In this document: positions 61,640 through 64,000 of the stretch, one piece after another
Layout of the letters: each line of letters opens with the position of its first letter
Numbering within the stretch: the first letter of the stretch is position 1
From: Hemiscyllium ocellatum
Taxonomy: Eukaryota
Length of the DNA stretch: 64,000 nucleotides
Assembly: GCF_020745735.1 (NCBI RefSeq)
Contig: NC_083440.1
Span: 31,978,468-32,042,467 of the forward strand
Direction: 5' to 3'
The notes under the pieces: model-generated
The model's database searches: none
What the model was told of the DNA's origin: nothing
What the model saw: only the letters and a program-made list of their open reading frames with translations
Position numbers and translations under genes: made by a program

Positions 61640-62558
61640 GCAGAAGTAGGAAGAGCTGGAAGGAGATTGGAGTCAATTTTTCTTGTGGTGAAACATTACT
61701 GCTGTTCTACCACAAGGTATTTCTGAGGGATGGTCCAGTGAAGCTATGTGGATGGAACTCAGAAATAAGAAGGGCATGTTTACTTTGATGCAATTGTAAT
61801 AGTCCCCCCAGTAGTCAGAGTGAAATTGAGTAACAAATATGTGGAGAGATCTTATTTATACGTAAGAATAATAGGATTGTAATAATCACAAATTTTAACC
61901 TTCCAAACATAAAGTGGGACAGCCATGGTCTTAAGAGCTTGGATGGTGAGGAATTTGGTAAGTGCTAAAGTCAATTTTCTTCATTAATATACAGATGTAA
62001 CTCTCACAGAAGGAGCAATCCTGACCTACTCTTGTGATATAAGGCAGGGCAAGTGACTGAATGGTTAGTAGGGGAGCTTTTTGGGGCCGGGGTCATAATT
62101 CGATTAGTTTAAAACATCTATGGAAAGGATTGGCATTATATATAAGTTAAAGTTCTTAATTGAACTAGGGCAAATTTTGATAGTATGAGACAAAATCTTT
62201 CAAGAGTTGATTGGAGTAGACTGTTTGCAGCTCAAGGGACGGCCGGCAAGAGTGAAGCTTTCAGAAGTGAGATAACGAGAGTTTGGAGGTGTGATGTTCC
62301 TGTTAGTGTGAAGGTAAGGCTGGTAAGAAGAGGGAACACTGGAGGAATAAAGATATTGAGGCTCTGGTTCAGAGTAAGAATGAATCATATATTAGATATA
62401 GATAAATGAGATCAAGTGAATCTCGAAGAGTACAAGAGGTGCAGGGACATTCTAAAGAGGGAAATGAGGAGGGCAAGAAAGGAAAATGAGATAGCCTTGG
62501 GAGATAATGTTAAAGATAATCCAAAGAGATTCGACTAGTACATTAAGCGCAAAGGGGT
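61640..62558 (+). mobile_element. Degraded CR1-type LINE, endonuclease/linker region
   Basis: Similar to 19690-21358; ORF MRQNLSRVDWSRLFAAQGTAGKSEAFRSEI. Confidence 0.65.
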
Positions 62559-62559
62559 A

Positions 62560-63015
62560 GATCATAGAGTCATAGAGATGTACAACTTGGAAACAGATCT
62601 TTCAGTCTCACTTGCCCATGATGACCAGATATCCTAAACTAATCTAGTCCCATTTGCCAGTACTTGGCCCATATCCCTCTAAACCCTTCCTATTCTTATA
62701 CACACTCAGATGCCTTTTAAATGTTGAAATTGCACCAGCCTCCACCGCTTCTTCTGGCAGTTCATTCCATACACTTCCTGTTCATTCCATACACACCATC
62801 CTCTGGATGAAAAAGTTACTCCTTCGGTACTTTCAACTTTTTCCCCTCTCACTCTAAACCTATACTCACGGTTTAGATGAGACTCCACCCACCTCAGGGA
62901 AAAGACCTTGTCTATTCACCGTATCCATGCCTCTGATGATTTTATAAACCTTTATAAAGTCACCCCTCAGCCTCCAACTCTCCAGAGGAATCTGCCCCAG
63001 CCTATTCAGCTTCTC
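62560..63015 (-). mobile_element. CR1-type LINE 3' end
   Basis: ATAGAGTCATAGAG tail and a typical 3' RT/UTR on the minus strand. Confidence 0.7.
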
Positions 63016-63499
63016 CCTATATAGCTCTACATGGCTGTGAATATGTATAAGCCTAGAGGATTGGCTTCATAAATCATGTTGCATTTAACATAAATGCTGT
63101 TTTTTTTATTGTCATTTAGTTTAAAATGGAGGATGGGTGCCTTTTCAATTTTAAATCAGTAGCACAGAAAGACCTGGGGAAATAAACTGCAACAAAAAAA
63201 TGGACAAAAAGTTATTGCACTACGGATCATCTCACCATGTCATTCATGTAAAAAATAATTCGCTGTTTTGACCGTGAATTAATAGAGTCTATTAATTAGT
63301 CCTGTGTTTGTAATAATTTTCATCTATCTGTCATTCTACATTTAGTTGTTATAGTTAACGTGTGGATTACTGCACCTCTCTAAAACTTCAAAACAAAATA
63401 AAGTAAAACTGCAAATTAAATATTGCATCTAATTACGACAAAAAAGTTAGCAATTCAATGACACCAAATTGGAAAGGAATGTTGAAATGTAGCCAATTC

Positions 63500-64000
63500 T
63501 GAGGATTCCAAGAAGTTGCAAGAGATCATTAATTAATTTACGGTATATTCAAATAATTAGCAAATGAAGATCCACACAGATAAACATAAGGTGTTACATC
63601 TTGGTAGGAATAATGTGCAGGTCACTTATTCAAAGATGCACGTCTAAGTGAGGGAGTCAAAGGGATTTCAGACAATTACATCAGTCACTAACAATTTCAC
63701 CACAGGTTCCAAAGGCCATAAAAATGCAAACAAAGCTCTAAGTTGTATCTCTAAAGGGATAGATTTGAAAGTAGGGTCACTATAAAAATTTGGTTGACTA
63801 TAATTAAGAGTATTGCCTGCAGTTCGAGTTGACATATTATAGAATGTATGAGAGAGAGTGAAGAGATGATTTATGAGAATGCTACACGAGTTTCTGGCTG
63901 TGCATATCAACGAAGAATTGTGCTGTTCACTTCTCTCTTGAAAAGAAGGCTGACAGTTCTAAAATTATGAAAGGTTTTGAAAAGTGAAGGTACAGAGAAA
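63500..64000 (+). mobile_element. Old CR1-type RT C-terminal remnant
   Basis: Decayed segments corresponding to KCKVLHLGR...YKLV...LEYC. Confidence 0.5.

Overview
Eukaryotic genomic DNA from a cartilaginous fish (shark). The species cannot be determined from sequence alone. All coordinates were counted by hand: exon and RSS boundaries should be exact or within 1-2 nt, while repeat boundaries are approximate. (1) 1-16918 is a ~96-99%-looking homogeneous (by eye) satellite array with a ~2.67-kb higher-order unit built from CATT/TTCATTCAATGAA-rich subrepeats. Each unit contains an ~865-bp inverted block and an internal direct duplication, and one unit is a 1271-bp recombinant. (2) A 500-N scaffold gap follows at 16919-17418. 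(3) 17419-36300 is retroelement-dense: CR1-type LINE fragments, a Penelope-like RT/GIY-YIG remnant, palindromic Penelope-derived elements carrying hammerhead-ribozyme motifs, HE1/V-SINEs and an ~560-bp inverted-repeat pair. (4) 36456-59419 (+) is one complete, unrearranged shark-type IgM heavy-chain cluster: leader, VH, D1, D2, JH, an 11.3-kb J-C intron, Cmu1-Cmu4 with secretory tailpiece, TM1 and TM2. Every exon is open and in phase, but several RSS elements diverge from consensus. (5) 59900-64000 is low-complexity DNA and CR1 fragments. The most notable observations are the satellite architecture with its mappable crossover, the TSD-flanked hammerhead-bearing palindromic elements, the long inverted repeat upstream of VH, and the degenerate D-segment RSSs.
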